Shown here: piece after piece, positions 22,043 through 32,553 of the stretch | How positions within the stretch are numbered: position 1 is the stretch's first letter | Layout of the letters: every line of letters begins with the position of its first letter | Origin: an uncultured delta proteobacterium | Lineage (GTDB): Bacteria; Desulfobacterota; Binatia; Binatales; Binataceae | Assembly (NCBI GenBank): GCA_963724765.1 | Contig: CAVRVY010000003.1 | Span: forward strand, 1,152,001 to 1,216,000 | Direction of reading: 5' to 3' | Length of the DNA stretch: 64,000 nt | Program-made: the position numbers and the translations under genes | The notes under the pieces: generated by a model | Told to the model about the DNA's origin: nothing | Databases searched by the model: none | What the model saw: the letters and a program-made list of their open reading frames with translations, nothing else

Positions 22043-23599
22043 CTAGCCGTTCATCGATTCGAGGAACTCTTCGTTGGTTTTAGAGCCCTGCATCTTATCC
22101 AGCAGAAACTCCATCGCCTCGACCGCGTTGAGCTGGGAGAGCAGTTTGCGCAGGATCCATACCCGGTTAAGCGTGCTGCGTGGCAGCAGCAGCTCCTCTT
22201 TGCGGGTCGAGGAGCGCTGGATATCGATGGTCGGGAAGATGCGCTTTTCCAACAGGCGCCGGTCAAGGCCAATTTGCTGATTGCCGGTGCCTTTGAACTC
22301 CTCGAAGATGACCTCGTCCATCCGGCTGCCGGTGTCGACCAAGGCGGTGGCAATGATGGTAAGCGAGCCGCCGTCCTCGGTGTTGCGCGCCGCGCCGAAG
22401 AATTTCTTGGGCTTGTGCAGCGCGTTGGAGTCGACGCCGCCCGAGAGAATTTTACCCGAAGGCGGCACCACCGTATTGTAGGCGCGCGCCAGCCGCGTGA
22501 TCGAGTCGAGCAGGATCACCACGTCGCGCCCATGCTCGACCAGCCGGCGCGCCTTCTCGATCACCATCTCGGCCACTTGCACGTGGCGCGTCGCGGGCTC
22601 GTCGAAGGTTGAGCTTACGACCTCGCCCTGCACCGAACGCAGCATGTCGGTGACTTCCTCGGGGCGCTCGTCGACCAGCAGGACGATCAGGACGATTTCC
22701 GGATGGTTATGCGCGATCGCTTTGGCGATCGCCTGCAGCATCATGGTCTTGCCGGTGAACGGCGCCGCGACGATAAGGCCGCGCTGGCCTTTGCCGATCG
22801 GCGCGATCAAATCGATGATGCGGGTGGTGTAGTCCTCGTGGTCGTACTCGAGCTTGATCCGCTCCTGCGGATAGAGCGGCGTAAGGTTGTCAAACAGGAT
22901 CTTGTCGCGGGCCTTCTCGGGCTCCTCGAAATTGATCGATTCGACCTTCAGCAGCGCGAAGTAACGCTCTCCTTCCTTGGGCGGGCGAATCAGCCCGGAA
23001 ACGATGTCGCCGGTGCGCAGGTTGAACTTACGGATCTGGCTGGGCGAGATGTAGATGTCGTCGGGTCCCGGCAGATAATTGTAGTCGGGCGCGCGCAGGA
23101 AGCCGAAGCCGTCGGGCAGAATCTCCAGCACGCCTTCGCCGAGGATCGAGCCGTTGCGCGAGGCCTGCGCCTGCAGGATGGAGAAAATCATCTCCTGCTT
23201 GCGCATGTTCGTCGCGCCATCGATGTTGTACTCGCGCGCGATCTGCGCCAGCTCGGTTATCTTGGCAGCCTTGAGCACCTTGAGGTTGAGTGCGCCGCCA
23301 TCGCTGACGATTCCGCCCACGTGGCGCTCGGAGGCGTTCAGGGCCTGCGAACTGCTGGCGCGGTAGCGATCGCCGCTGCCGCCCTCAGGCGCAATCGCGC
23401 CACCGCTTTCGCCGCCACGGGCCTCGTCGTGCTCGGCCGCGCCGTTGGTTTCGCCGGCTCCCGGCGCCGCCGCCGGTTGCATGTGACGGGTGTGCGAGAG
23501 GTTGGGGCCGTTGCGAATCTCGTCGCCCTGGCCCTGAGCCTCGCCCCTAACCCCCCTGCCCTTGCCCATATGCCTTGTCCGCAAAATTCTTGACTCCAA
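22043..23599 (-). CDS. rho: Transcription termination factor Rho with N-terminal extension (start uncertain)
   Basis: [32 protein letters not shown]. Confidence 0.97.
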   Translation of the reverse strand: MESRILRTRHMGKGRGVRGEAQGQGDEIRNGPNLSHTRHMQPAAAPGAGETNGAAEHDEARGGESGGAIAPEGGSGDRYRASSSQALNASERHVGGIVSDGGALNLKVLKAAKITELAQIAREYNIDGATNMRKQEMIFSILQAQASRNGSILGEGVLEILPDGFGFLRAPDYNYLPGPDDIYISPSQIRKFNLRTGDIVSGLIRPPKEGERYFALLKVESINFEEPEKARDKILFDNLTPLYPQERIKLEYDHEDYTTRIIDLIAPIGKGQRGLIVAAPFTGKTMMLQAIAKAIAHNHPEIVLIVLLVDERPEEVTDMLRSVQGEVVSSTFDEPATRHVQVAEMVIEKARRLVEHGRDVVILLDSITRLARAYNTVVPPSGKILSGGVDSNALHKPKKFFGAARNTEDGGSLTIIATALVDTGSRMDEVIFEEFKGTGNQQIGLDRRLLEKRIFPTIDIQRSSTRKEELLLPRSTLNRVWILRKLLSQLNAVEAMEFLLDKMQGSKTNEEFLESMNG

Positions 23600-23845
23600 T
23601 CCGGCTGAGAAGTGACAGAATTGATGCTGGCGATCCCTTAATGCAGCCCCGCCCGTGAGAGACCGTCGCGCGTATTACGACCCCGAACGAAACCTTGAAC
23701 CGGTTCTTCCCAGGCCGATCAAATGGATTGAGGCACTTGGTCGCGGTGGGGAGGCGACGCCCAATCTTCGGCGGGTCACTTGGCGGCTGCGGACGATCCG
23801 GAGTCTGGCCTGCCTCGGCTCGATACGCAGGCTCTTAGGTGGAAA

Positions 23846-25012
23846 CTATCTGAGCCTCTTTGGGCTGTCAACGGGCCTCCTTCTCATCCGCTCTCCGAGC
23901 GGCCGCGAGACAGATTCGACAAACTCGGCAAGTTCGATCTCGGTAAGTTCGATCCAGCGCTCGAGCTCCGTCTGCCCCGTTGCCACCCCCCGCGCCATGA
24001 GGAAGCCGGCAAAGTCGTCCGCGGGCGGCGCGATGAACTCGAGCGCCGCGGCGGTGCGCGGATGGCTCAACCGCAGCGCCATCGCGTGCAGCGCCTGGCG
24101 GTCGAACCCGGATGCCGCCTCGGAAAATGCCGCATCCTTGGATTTTTTGAGCGGCCGGCCGCCATAGAGCGGATCGCCGAGGCAGGGATGCCCGATCGAA
24201 GCCAGGTGTACGCGAATCTGATGCGTGCGGCCGGTCAGCGGCCGCACGCCGACGAGCGTCGCGCCGCGGCCCGCCGCCGGCATCCGCGCGAGCACGCAGA
24301 CCTCGCTGAAGGCCTCGCGGCCGTGGCGCGAATTCACCGACATCCGCTTGCGCTCGATCGGATGGCGGCCGACCGGGCGCGCGATCGAAAAGCGCTCGCG
24401 TCCAATCAGCCCGCGTACCACCGCCAGATAGACTTTGCTCACCGTGCGCTCCTTGAACTGGCGCGCCAACTCCATCCGGGCAAACGGTGTTCGCGCGACC
24501 ACCATCACGCCCGACGTGTCCTTATCGAGCCGATGAACGATTCCCGGGCGCACCACGCCGCCCGGCTCAGCCATCGCCGCCATCTCGGGAAAGCGCGCGA
24601 GCAACGCGTCCACCAGTGTGCCGCCGGGATGCCCGGGCGCGGGATGGACCGTCATCCCGGCTGGCTTGTTGACGACGATGATCTCGTCGTCGGCGTAGAG
24701 CACTTCGATTGCAGGCGCGTTCGCAGCCGCGTCTTCCGACGCTTTTGCCGCCGCGTTTATATGTCCATGCGACGCTGCCGCCCTCGGCATGGCGGCGGAA
24801 GTTTGGATTTCCGGACTTTGAATTTCGACCTTGTCGCCGGGGCGAACGGCGTCGGCGGCGCGCGCCGGAACGCCGTTGAGCCGCACCAGGCCGGCCCTGA
24901 TCATGCGCGCGGCCTGCGAGCGGGAAAATTCCGCGCCGAGCTCGGCGGCTACGAACACGTCGAGCCGCATCCGCCCGGGCGCCGAATCGACCGTCAGCGA
25001 GCGCGCAGTCAC
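23846..25012 (-). CDS. rluD: RluA/RluD-family pseudouridine synthase with S4 domain
   Basis: VNKPAGMTVHP, HRLDKDTSG, TGRTHQIRVH, GDPLYG. Confidence 0.9.
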   Translation of the reverse strand: MTARSLTVDSAPGRMRLDVFVAAELGAEFSRSQAARMIRAGLVRLNGVPARAADAVRPGDKVEIQSPEIQTSAAMPRAAASHGHINAAAKASEDAAANAPAIEVLYADDEIIVVNKPAGMTVHPAPGHPGGTLVDALLARFPEMAAMAEPGGVVRPGIVHRLDKDTSGVMVVARTPFARMELARQFKERTVSKVYLAVVRGLIGRERFSIARPVGRHPIERKRMSVNSRHGREAFSEVCVLARMPAAGRGATLVGVRPLTGRTHQIRVHLASIGHPCLGDPLYGGRPLKKSKDAAFSEAASGFDRQALHAMALRLSHPRTAAALEFIAPPADDFAGFLMARGVATGQTELERWIELTEIELAEFVESVSRPLGERMRRRPVDSPKRLR

Positions 25013-25060
25013 AACACGACTATATCAGCCGCGGCGACAAGGCCGTTACGCGCGTACAGT

Positions 25061-25651
25061 CTACAGCCGATAGGGCGCCGGATGGGTTTTCTCGTAGGCC
25101 GCGATCTCTTTGTCGTGCGTGAGCGTCAGCGCCACGTCGTCGAGCCCCTCGATAAAACATTTCTTGGGGAACGGATCGATATCGAAGTGTGCCGACCATC
25201 CGAACTTGTCCGAGACCGTCTGCGCGGGCAGGTCGACGCTCAGTTCGTAGCCGTCATGCCGCTTGATCGCCGCGAAAACGGCATCGACCTCTTCGGGCTT
25301 GAGAATTATTGGCAGGAAGCCGTTCTTGAGCGAATTATTGCGGAAAATGTCGGCGAAGGAGGATGCGATCGCGGCCTTGAAGCCGAAGTCAGTTAGTGCC
25401 CACACCGCGTGCTCGCGCGAGCTGCCGCATCCGAAGTTGGCCCGCGCCACCAGGATTGACGCGCCCTTGAAGCGCGGCTCGTCGAGCACGTAACCCTTGT
25501 CAGGCTGATTGCGCCAATCGAAGAAGAGCCCCTTACCCAGGCCGCTACGCACCACGGCCTTTAAGAACTGCTTGGGAATCACCTGGTCAGTATCGACGTT
25601 GGACCTATCCATCGGAGCGACCAGGCCGGTGAAATTCTTGAACGGTTGCAT
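25061..25651 (-). CDS. leuD: 3-isopropylmalate dehydratase small subunit
   Basis: NVDTDQVIPKQFLK, NFGCGSSREHAVWA, FADIFRNN. Confidence 0.97.
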   Translation of the reverse strand: MQPFKNFTGLVAPMDRSNVDTDQVIPKQFLKAVVRSGLGKGLFFDWRNQPDKGYVLDEPRFKGASILVARANFGCGSSREHAVWALTDFGFKAAIASSFADIFRNNSLKNGFLPIILKPEEVDAVFAAIKRHDGYELSVDLPAQTVSDKFGWSAHFDIDPFPKKCFIEGLDDVALTLTHDKEIAAYEKTHPAPYRL

Positions 25652-25926
25652 CGCGCGCTTACCCCCAGAGCAAAACTATCGGCAGACTAAAGCTTACCAG
25701 TGGAGAAAAACAACCGGCGTCGGCGCGCACGAATGCACCATTCACCGGAGCCGATTGAATAGCACAAAATCGGCAGCCGGCTAAATCAGTGCATACAGAA
25801 CGGCGCGAGCAGTCCACGCGCCTTGGCGCGCAACACTTCCCACATCGCGCGCCACGCGGGTATCCGCGTGACGCACGTTTACCGTTACCTATGTGCCCCG
25901 GACCCTCGAGGGCCCCGCGCCGGCGA

Positions 25927-26424
25927 TCAGTCGGCCGCAGGTTTTCCGTTGTGCCCGTTGTGGCCGTTGACCGCGCTTGCACCGTTGGCGTTAAACGCGC
26001 GCGACAGCTCGATGAAACGCCGTTGCAGCGCCTTGGCCGGCTCAAACGCCTTGATCAAATGTTGCAACTGATCCTGAAACGCGGTCGCCGGCTCCATCGC
26101 GGACGCCAATTGCACGAGCTGCTCGTGAAAGGCCGCAGCCACGCGCTCGAGCTGGCTTTGAAACGCCCGCATCGGTTCGAAGCGGTTGGCCAGGTTCTCG
26201 AGATGGCTGTGGAATCCCTTTATCGGCTCGAAGGCCGCGGCCACATCCGCCAATTCCTCCTGGAATGTTCTGATCGGCTCGAAGACGTCGGCCAACTGCG
26301 CCAACTGGCCCATCGGCTCCAGCACCTTGGCCAGCCGGGCGAGCGTGTCCTCGGCCGATTTCATCGGGTCGAACACCTTGGCTACTGCCTGATCGGGTTG
26401 AAGAGAAATGAATGATTCGTCCAA
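25927..26424 (-). CDS. Hypothetical helical-repeat protein (~17-aa FEP repeats), 165 aa
   Basis: TTG start 7 nt after SD AGGAGGAGG; repeated xxFEP(I/M)xxFxxxLxxLA units. Confidence 0.75.
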   Translation of the reverse strand: MDESFISLQPDQAVAKVFDPMKSAEDTLARLAKVLEPMGQLAQLADVFEPIRTFQEELADVAAAFEPIKGFHSHLENLANRFEPMRAFQSQLERVAAAFHEQLVQLASAMEPATAFQDQLQHLIKAFEPAKALQRRFIELSRAFNANGASAVNGHNGHNGKPAAD

Positions 26425-26919
26425 CTCTCTGCCTCCTCCTATTTGCAGTGCAAACGCCCACCGTCCAGCGAATCTTGAACCCAACAGGCGCACCCGGTTC
26501 GGCATGCGGCGCATCGAATTCCGGGAAGCCTGAAGCTCACTTTCCAATCAAGACGTCACGTTCCAATCAGAGCGTTGACGCCGGTCAAAACGCTGACGCC
26601 GGCATCTGCGGCGGGCGCTGAGTTTCGAGCGTCGTCCGGTCTGAATAGCAAAAGCTGATGTAAGCAATTTCAAGTGCGTGTCGATTAGAAAAGCATATTA
26701 AAGATGCGACCCTCAACTAACGCACTTGAATCGTCCGAGCAAGGATTTGCTGCTTCACGTATCCACTGCGAGGGTCCGTGCCGCTGTGCGTAACGTTGCG
26801 CGCCGTCGTGCTTGTGAGACCCGCGCGCCGGGTCTAGACTTCGCTTCGTGGCGCCGACGCATCGATTTTCTGAATCGCCGCACCTCGTCCCCGCTCCAGA
26901 CGTCGAAGGTGGTAAGGCC

Positions 26920-27462
26920 ATGAGCGGCACTCAGCCGCTCAACGGCAATCCCGAGGCAACTTCCGAGGCAAGTCCCCCCGAAACTCCCGAGACCAGTACG
27001 GACGCGACCATCGGTCGCTTCCGCGACGCGGTCGAGAGCATCAAAGAGGCATCGCCGCCGGCCGAAAGGCCGGCCGTTTCCACCGATCGCTCCGCAGCGC
27101 CGTACAAGCGCGTGATGGCTGAGCAATTCGTGCTGGTCGACGCACACGGCGCGCCTCGCGCCACGCTCTCGCTCGACGACGGCAGCCCTGCGCTGGCGCT
27201 CAGCGACGCGAACGGCCGTGCTCGCGCGGCGATTCGCCTGGGCGCGGACGGGGCGCCGTCGGTGGTGCTCTATGACGCGAGCGGCAGGCGGCGCCTTGAG
27301 GTCGCGCTCAAATCCGACGGCGCAACCGGCCTTGGATTGTACAACGAGACGGGCGAGGGGCGCGCGGAACTGGTGGTCTCGGGCAGCGGCGCGCCATCGC
27401 TTTCGCTTTACGGCTCCAACGGCAAACGGCTGGCCAAACTGCCTGCCAGCCGCGAGCGTTAG
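26920..27462 (+). CDS. Hypothetical protein with ~22-23-aa beta-hairpin repeats
   Basis: Repeated LxLxDxxGxxRxxL..DG.P units in the C-terminal half. Confidence 0.7.
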   Translation: MSGTQPLNGNPEATSEASPPETPETSTDATIGRFRDAVESIKEASPPAERPAVSTDRSAAPYKRVMAEQFVLVDAHGAPRATLSLDDGSPALALSDANGRARAAIRLGADGAPSVVLYDASGRRRLEVALKSDGATGLGLYNETGEGRAELVVSGSGAPSLSLYGSNGKRLAKLPASRER

Positions 27463-27515
27463 TTCCTTACTGATTTCTTACGTTTGCGCCGCCTGCGAAT
27501 CGCCAATCTGGCGCT

Positions 27516-28925
27516 CTAATGCGCTGGCCACTCGCGCACGTCGACGAAGTGTCCGCTCACCGCCGCCGCAGCAGCCATCGCGGGACTAACCAGATGCGTG
27601 CGTCCGCCCTTGCCCTGGCGTCCCTCGAAGTTACGATTCGAGGTGCTCGCGCAGCGTTCGCCGGGCTTCAGGATGTCCGGGTTCATCCCCAGGCACATGC
27701 TGCATCCCGATTCGCGCCACTCGAAGCCCGCGTCCAGGAAAACGCGATCGAGCCCGAGCTTTTCGGCTTCGGCTTTGACCTGCTGCGATCCCGGCACCAC
27801 CATCGCGTGCACGCTTTTGGCGACCTTGCGTCCGCGCACTATGTCGGCCGCTGCGCGCAGGTCGCCGATACGTGAGTTGGTGCACGAGCCGATAAAGACG
27901 CGGTCGACGCGGATGTCCTGGATCGCCGTGCCCGGCTGCAAGCCCATGTATTCTAGAGCGCGTTCGACCGCCTGGCGCTCCGCCGGGCTCTTGAGGTTAG
28001 CAGGGTCGGGCACCTTGCCGGTGATCTCGACCACCATCCCGGGATTTGTTCCCCAGGTAACTTGCGGTGCGAACGCCGCCGCGTCGAACGTGATGCTCTT
28101 GTCGAAACGCGCGTCGTCATCGGTGCGAAACTTGAGCCAGCGCTCGGCCGCCCGATCGAAGTCCGCGCCCGCCGCGACGAAGCGCCGCCCGCGCAGATAC
28201 TCGACGGTCTTGGCGTCCGCCGCGATCATCCCGGCGCGCGCGCCCGCCTCGATCGACATGTTGCTCACCGTCATCCGCTCTTCCACCGAGAGCGCCTCGA
28301 TCGCCTCGCCGCGATACTCGATGACATGTCCGGTGCCACCGTCGGTGGTGATGCGTCCGATGATGCCGAGGATCAAATCCTTCGCCGTCACGCCGGGCTT
28401 CAGGCGCCCGTCGACGCGAATCTCCAACGTCTTCGGCTTGGCCTGCCAGAGGCACTGTGTGGCGAGCACGTGCTCGACCTCGCTGGTGCCGACGCCGAAC
28501 GCCAGCGAGCCGAACGCGCCGTGGGTGGCGGTATGGCTGTCGCCGCACACGATGGTCATCCCGGGTTGTGTGAGGCCCAACTCGGGTCCGATGACGTGCA
28601 CGATGCCCTGTTCGGGCGCGCCGAGGTCGAACAGGCGCACACCGAACTCGCGGCAGTTGCGGCGCATCATTTCGATCTGCGCCGCCGAATCGGGATCGGC
28701 GATGGGCTTGGTGCGGTCGGTGGTCGGAACGTTGTGATCCTGAGTGCCGAAGGTGCGGTCGAGCGCGCGCACCTTACGTCCGCTGTTGCGCAGCGCCTCG
28801 AAGGCCTGCGGCGACGTTACCTCGTGCACCAGGTGCAGATCGATGTAGAGCAGTGCGGGTTCGCCGGTTTGCTCGCGGACCACGTGGCTCTGCCAGATTT
28901 TTTCGAAAAGCGTTTCAGCAGCCAT
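27516..28925 (-). CDS. leuC: 3-isopropylmalate dehydratase large subunit
   Basis: [48 protein letters not shown]. Confidence 0.98.
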   Translation of the reverse strand: MAAETLFEKIWQSHVVREQTGEPALLYIDLHLVHEVTSPQAFEALRNSGRKVRALDRTFGTQDHNVPTTDRTKPIADPDSAAQIEMMRRNCREFGVRLFDLGAPEQGIVHVIGPELGLTQPGMTIVCGDSHTATHGAFGSLAFGVGTSEVEHVLATQCLWQAKPKTLEIRVDGRLKPGVTAKDLILGIIGRITTDGGTGHVIEYRGEAIEALSVEERMTVSNMSIEAGARAGMIAADAKTVEYLRGRRFVAAGADFDRAAERWLKFRTDDDARFDKSITFDAAAFAPQVTWGTNPGMVVEITGKVPDPANLKSPAERQAVERALEYMGLQPGTAIQDIRVDRVFIGSCTNSRIGDLRAAADIVRGRKVAKSVHAMVVPGSQQVKAEAEKLGLDRVFLDAGFEWRESGCSMCLGMNPDILKPGERCASTSNRNFEGRQGKGGRTHLVSPAMAAAAAVSGHFVDVREWPAH

Positions 28926-29128
28926 GACGGAAACTAGCCTCTTATCCAGAGAAAAGCTGGAACCTAGCATTATGCCGCCGCGGCCCGCGCCGTCAAATAT
29001 GCGCGGCTTCGTCGAATGCGCCCCCGGCGCCTGATGCGTCATCGCCGCCACCGTGGCAAGATAGCCTCGGGGCATGATGAGTGGCGCCGTCACGCGCGGC
29101 GCCGGATCGGAAATCAAAGGGGGGAACG

Positions 29129-30766
29129 ATGCGATCGAGTTACGACGCGGTCGTTATCGGCAGCGGCTTCGGCGGCGCGGTCGCGGGATGCCGTCTGGCG
29201 CAAGCCGGACTCAAGGTTGCGATTCTGGAGCGCGGGCGGCGCTACGGGCGCAACGAATTCCCGCGCGATTGGAACGATCCAACCAATGGATGGCAGTGGG
29301 CGGTCGGCCAGGGCCTGTTCGACGTCCGGCCCTTCGGCGAGATGACGATTGTGCAGGGGGCCGGATGGGGCGGCGGCTCGCTCATCTACGCCAACGTTCA
29401 CCTGCGCGCGCCCGCCGATCTTTTCCAGAGCGGATGGCCGGCTGGCTACAGCCGCGCCGCGCTTGATCCCTACTACGACCTTGTCGCCTACATGCTCGAC
29501 ATCGCACCCATCACGGCCTCCAGCCATCTCGGCGTCCCGCCCAAGGCCGCGTGGATGAAACAGGTGGCCGGCCGCCTGGGGTGCGAGGCCCGGTTCTGTT
29601 ACCCGAATATCGCGGTCGATTTTTCCGCACCCGGCGTGGCGCATCGCAACAAGTTCGGCGTCGAGCAGAGCGGATGCACCTACTGCGGCGAGTGCGACAT
29701 CGGATGCAACGTGCTGGCCAAGAACACGCTCGATCTCAACTACCTGGCGATTGCCGAGCAGCGCGGCGCCGACGTCGCACCGCTCAGCGAAGTCGTTCGT
29801 ATCGAGCGCGACGGCGCAGGCTACAAGGTCAGGTTCAAAAATCACGCGGCGGGCGGCGCCGAGAGCGCGATTGACGCGCGCGCGGTCTTCCTGTGCGCGG
29901 GCGCAGTCAACTCGACCGAGCTTTTGCTCCGATGCCGCGACGAGTTCGGTACGCTGCCCGCGTTGAGCGCGCGCCTGGGCCAGGGCTATTCGGGCAACGG
30001 CGATTTTCTCGCGTTCGCCTTCGACACCGCGACGCCCTTCGTGCCTTCCAACGGCCCCACGATAACCACCGGCATCGTCTACGATCGCGGGGCCGGCGCC
30101 GACCGCATGTGGTTCATCTTCGAGGAGGGCGGCTACCCAAAAGAGATCGTCGGCCTGCTCCAGGTGCTCAACCCAAAGAGTGGATGGCTCAAGGACGCGA
30201 TCAGCCTTTCCAGCGAGATATTGACCGCAGAGATTAGCGCCGCTGCTCGGGGCCGTCTCGGTCTCGCCGCTCCGTCGCATGACGACACGGCCGTGTTTCT
30301 CGCGATGGGCCGCGACCGCGCCAACGGCGTGCTCGCGCTCGAGCCGCTCACCCGCACGCTCAAGGTGAGCTGGGACGTCGCCTCGAACGCGGCGCTCTAT
30401 GCCGCCGAACAGCAATTCAGCACCGACGTGGCCAACGCGATGGGTGGTGCGGTCGCGTTCAACCCGCTATGGCAGCGGCTCAATCATCCGGTCTCGGTGC
30501 ACAACCTCGGCGGCTGCGTGATGGCGGACGACGAAGCAAAAGGCGTCAGCGACGCGGGCGGCGAGGTTTTCGGCTACCCCGGACTCTACGTGCTCGACGG
30601 CGGCGCTCTGCCCGCGGCGACCGGCGTCAACCCCTCGCATACGATCGCCGCGGTGGCCGAGCGCGACGTCGAGGCCGCGATTCGCAAGCTCACCGGCAAT
30701 GCCGCCTGGCGTGCACCCGAGGCCGCGATTGCGCGGCCGGTTAAAGACCCGCTAACCGGGATTTGA
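29129..30766 (+). CDS. GMC-family FAD oxidoreductase (cholesterol-oxidase-like)
   Basis: [22 protein letters not shown], [11 protein letters not shown], [23 protein letters not shown]. Confidence 0.9.
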   Translation: MRSSYDAVVIGSGFGGAVAGCRLAQAGLKVAILERGRRYGRNEFPRDWNDPTNGWQWAVGQGLFDVRPFGEMTIVQGAGWGGGSLIYANVHLRAPADLFQSGWPAGYSRAALDPYYDLVAYMLDIAPITASSHLGVPPKAAWMKQVAGRLGCEARFCYPNIAVDFSAPGVAHRNKFGVEQSGCTYCGECDIGCNVLAKNTLDLNYLAIAEQRGADVAPLSEVVRIERDGAGYKVRFKNHAAGGAESAIDARAVFLCAGAVNSTELLLRCRDEFGTLPALSARLGQGYSGNGDFLAFAFDTATPFVPSNGPTITTGIVYDRGAGADRMWFIFEEGGYPKEIVGLLQVLNPKSGWLKDAISLSSEILTAEISAAARGRLGLAAPSHDDTAVFLAMGRDRANGVLALEPLTRTLKVSWDVASNAALYAAEQQFSTDVANAMGGAVAFNPLWQRLNHPVSVHNLGGCVMADDEAKGVSDAGGEVFGYPGLYVLDGGALPAATGVNPSHTIAAVAERDVEAAIRKLTGNAAWRAPEAAIARPVKDPLTGI

Positions 30767-30787
30767 TTCCCGCAGCAGGAGGAAGTT

Positions 30788-31441
30788 ATGGCGCCGCAAA
30801 CCGCCGCCGTGGGACTGAGCTTCACCGAAACCATGAAGGGCTTTGTGCAAAAGGACGCCGCGCCCGCCTCTCAAGAAGACATCGCCGCCTACATCGCGGC
30901 CGAGCGCGCCGGCCAGCAGGCCAACACCTACATGGAGTTCACGCTGACGATCGCGATGCCGAACCTCGACCAGTTCCTGGCCGACCCCGCGCATCCGGGA
31001 ATCGCCAACGGCACCGTGCGCGTCGACGGCTTCACCGGCCCCGCCGGCGTGCCGACCAGCGATGGCCTTTTCAACCTTTTCGTCGATAGCAGCCGCCTGT
31101 ACGAGCGCCGGATGCTTTACGCGCTGCCGTTTGTTGGCGCGGACGGCCAGCCCTACCTGCTCGACGGCTTCAAGCAAGTGCGCGACGACGGCAGCTTCGA
31201 CGTCTGGAGCGCGACTTCGACGCTGTACACGGTGATCCGCGCCGGTCACGACCACACTGGTCCGGTGATGGCGTGCGGCATCCTGCACATCCTGGTCGCC
31301 GACTTCGTGCAACAGCTCGGGACCTTTACGGTCTCGGGCACCGATGATCCCGCGCGCAAGGCGGCGGCGCTCGCGCAGTTTGGGCGGATGTTCATGGGCA
31401 CGCTGTGGGACGTGTTCGTGCGGCCGCGGCTCTCGCTGTGA
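30788..31441 (+). CDS. Cholesterol-oxidase-associated domain protein
   Basis: GLSFTETMKG...RMLYALP...LDGFK..DVWSATSTLY; SD AGGAGG; in frame with the upstream GMC gene. Confidence 0.75.
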   Translation: MAPQTAAVGLSFTETMKGFVQKDAAPASQEDIAAYIAAERAGQQANTYMEFTLTIAMPNLDQFLADPAHPGIANGTVRVDGFTGPAGVPTSDGLFNLFVDSSRLYERRMLYALPFVGADGQPYLLDGFKQVRDDGSFDVWSATSTLYTVIRAGHDHTGPVMACGILHILVADFVQQLGTFTVSGTDDPARKAAALAQFGRMFMGTLWDVFVRPRLSL

Positions 31442-31500
31442 TGCCGATGACGCGCGCGCGAACCAATCGGCTGCGCAATGACGCATGGAGGTGAAGCGCG

Positions 31501-32547
31501 ATGGGTCTACCGGCAGTTGAAAATTATACCACCACGACGCCCGACGGCGTGGAGCTACGGCTCGCGCGCTACCGCGGCGGCATCAAGGGTCCGGTGATCA
31601 TCGTGCATGGCGCGGGCGTGTGGAGCGGGATGTTCCTGCTGCCGACGGTCGACGAGCATTTCATCCAGTACCTGATGAACAACGGCTACGACGCCTGGCT
31701 GCTGGATTGGCGCGCGAGCCTCCAGTTGCCGCTTCGCCAGTTCACGCTGGACCAGGCGGCGGAGAACGATTTTCCCGCCGCGATCGCCTTCATCCGCGAG
31801 CGCACGCGCGCGGATTCGGTGCAGGCGGTGGTGCATTGCGCGGGCGCGAGCGCGTTCTTCATGGCGCTGGCGGCAGGGTATCTTCCGGACGTGCGCTGCG
31901 TCTCGTGCTCGCAAATAGCGCTGCACTACGCGGCGCCGCCGGCCACCGAGATAAAGTGCATGCTCAACCTGGGCGACGTGTTCGCGGACCTTGGCGTGGA
32001 CTATCTCTCCGCCATCGAGGATCCGCGCCATCCGCTATTCCAGAAGATGTTCGGTGCGGTGGTCGACCTCACCAATCACGAATGCAACAGCACCGTATGC
32101 CATCGCATCACCTTCATGTACGGCCATCTCTACCGCCATCAGCGGCTCAACACCGCAACTCACGATCGGCTGAGCGAGCAATTCGGCGCGTGCAACATGA
32201 CCGCCTTTCGCCATCTCGCGCAGATCGTCAAGCGCGGCACGGCGGCGAAGTTCGACTACGGCGCCACGGAGAACCTGCGCCGCTACGGCGTCGCCGAGCC
32301 GCCGAGTTACGTGCGCCCCGAGCACCTGCGCATCCCGATCACGTTCGTCTCCGGTGAGCTCAATCAGTGCTACCTGCCGGTATCCACCGAGCGGACTTTC
32401 CAGTGGCTGCAAAGCGTCAACGACCCCAAGCTCTATCGCCGCCACGTCACACCGGGCTACGGCCATATCGACAACTTCATGGGCGTGACGGCCAATCGCG
32501 ATTGCTACGCGCTGTTCCTGGAGCAGCTCGAGGCTTGTCCCGCGTAG
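31501..32547 (+). CDS. Alpha/beta hydrolase with a Cys nucleophile elbow
   Basis: TPDGVELRL, VHGAG, WLLDWR, VVHCAG, GYGHID. Confidence 0.85.
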   Translation: MGLPAVENYTTTTPDGVELRLARYRGGIKGPVIIVHGAGVWSGMFLLPTVDEHFIQYLMNNGYDAWLLDWRASLQLPLRQFTLDQAAENDFPAAIAFIRERTRADSVQAVVHCAGASAFFMALAAGYLPDVRCVSCSQIALHYAAPPATEIKCMLNLGDVFADLGVDYLSAIEDPRHPLFQKMFGAVVDLTNHECNSTVCHRITFMYGHLYRHQRLNTATHDRLSEQFGACNMTAFRHLAQIVKRGTAAKFDYGATENLRRYGVAEPPSYVRPEHLRIPITFVSGELNQCYLPVSTERTFQWLQSVNDPKLYRRHVTPGYGHIDNFMGVTANRDCYALFLEQLEACPA

Positions 32548-32553
32548 CGCCAC

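Noticed and set aside
30764-30766. Selenocysteine recoding of the in-frame TGA
   Set aside because: It falls in an inter-domain linker, no SECIS-like hairpin is evident just downstream, and a good SD serves the next ATG.
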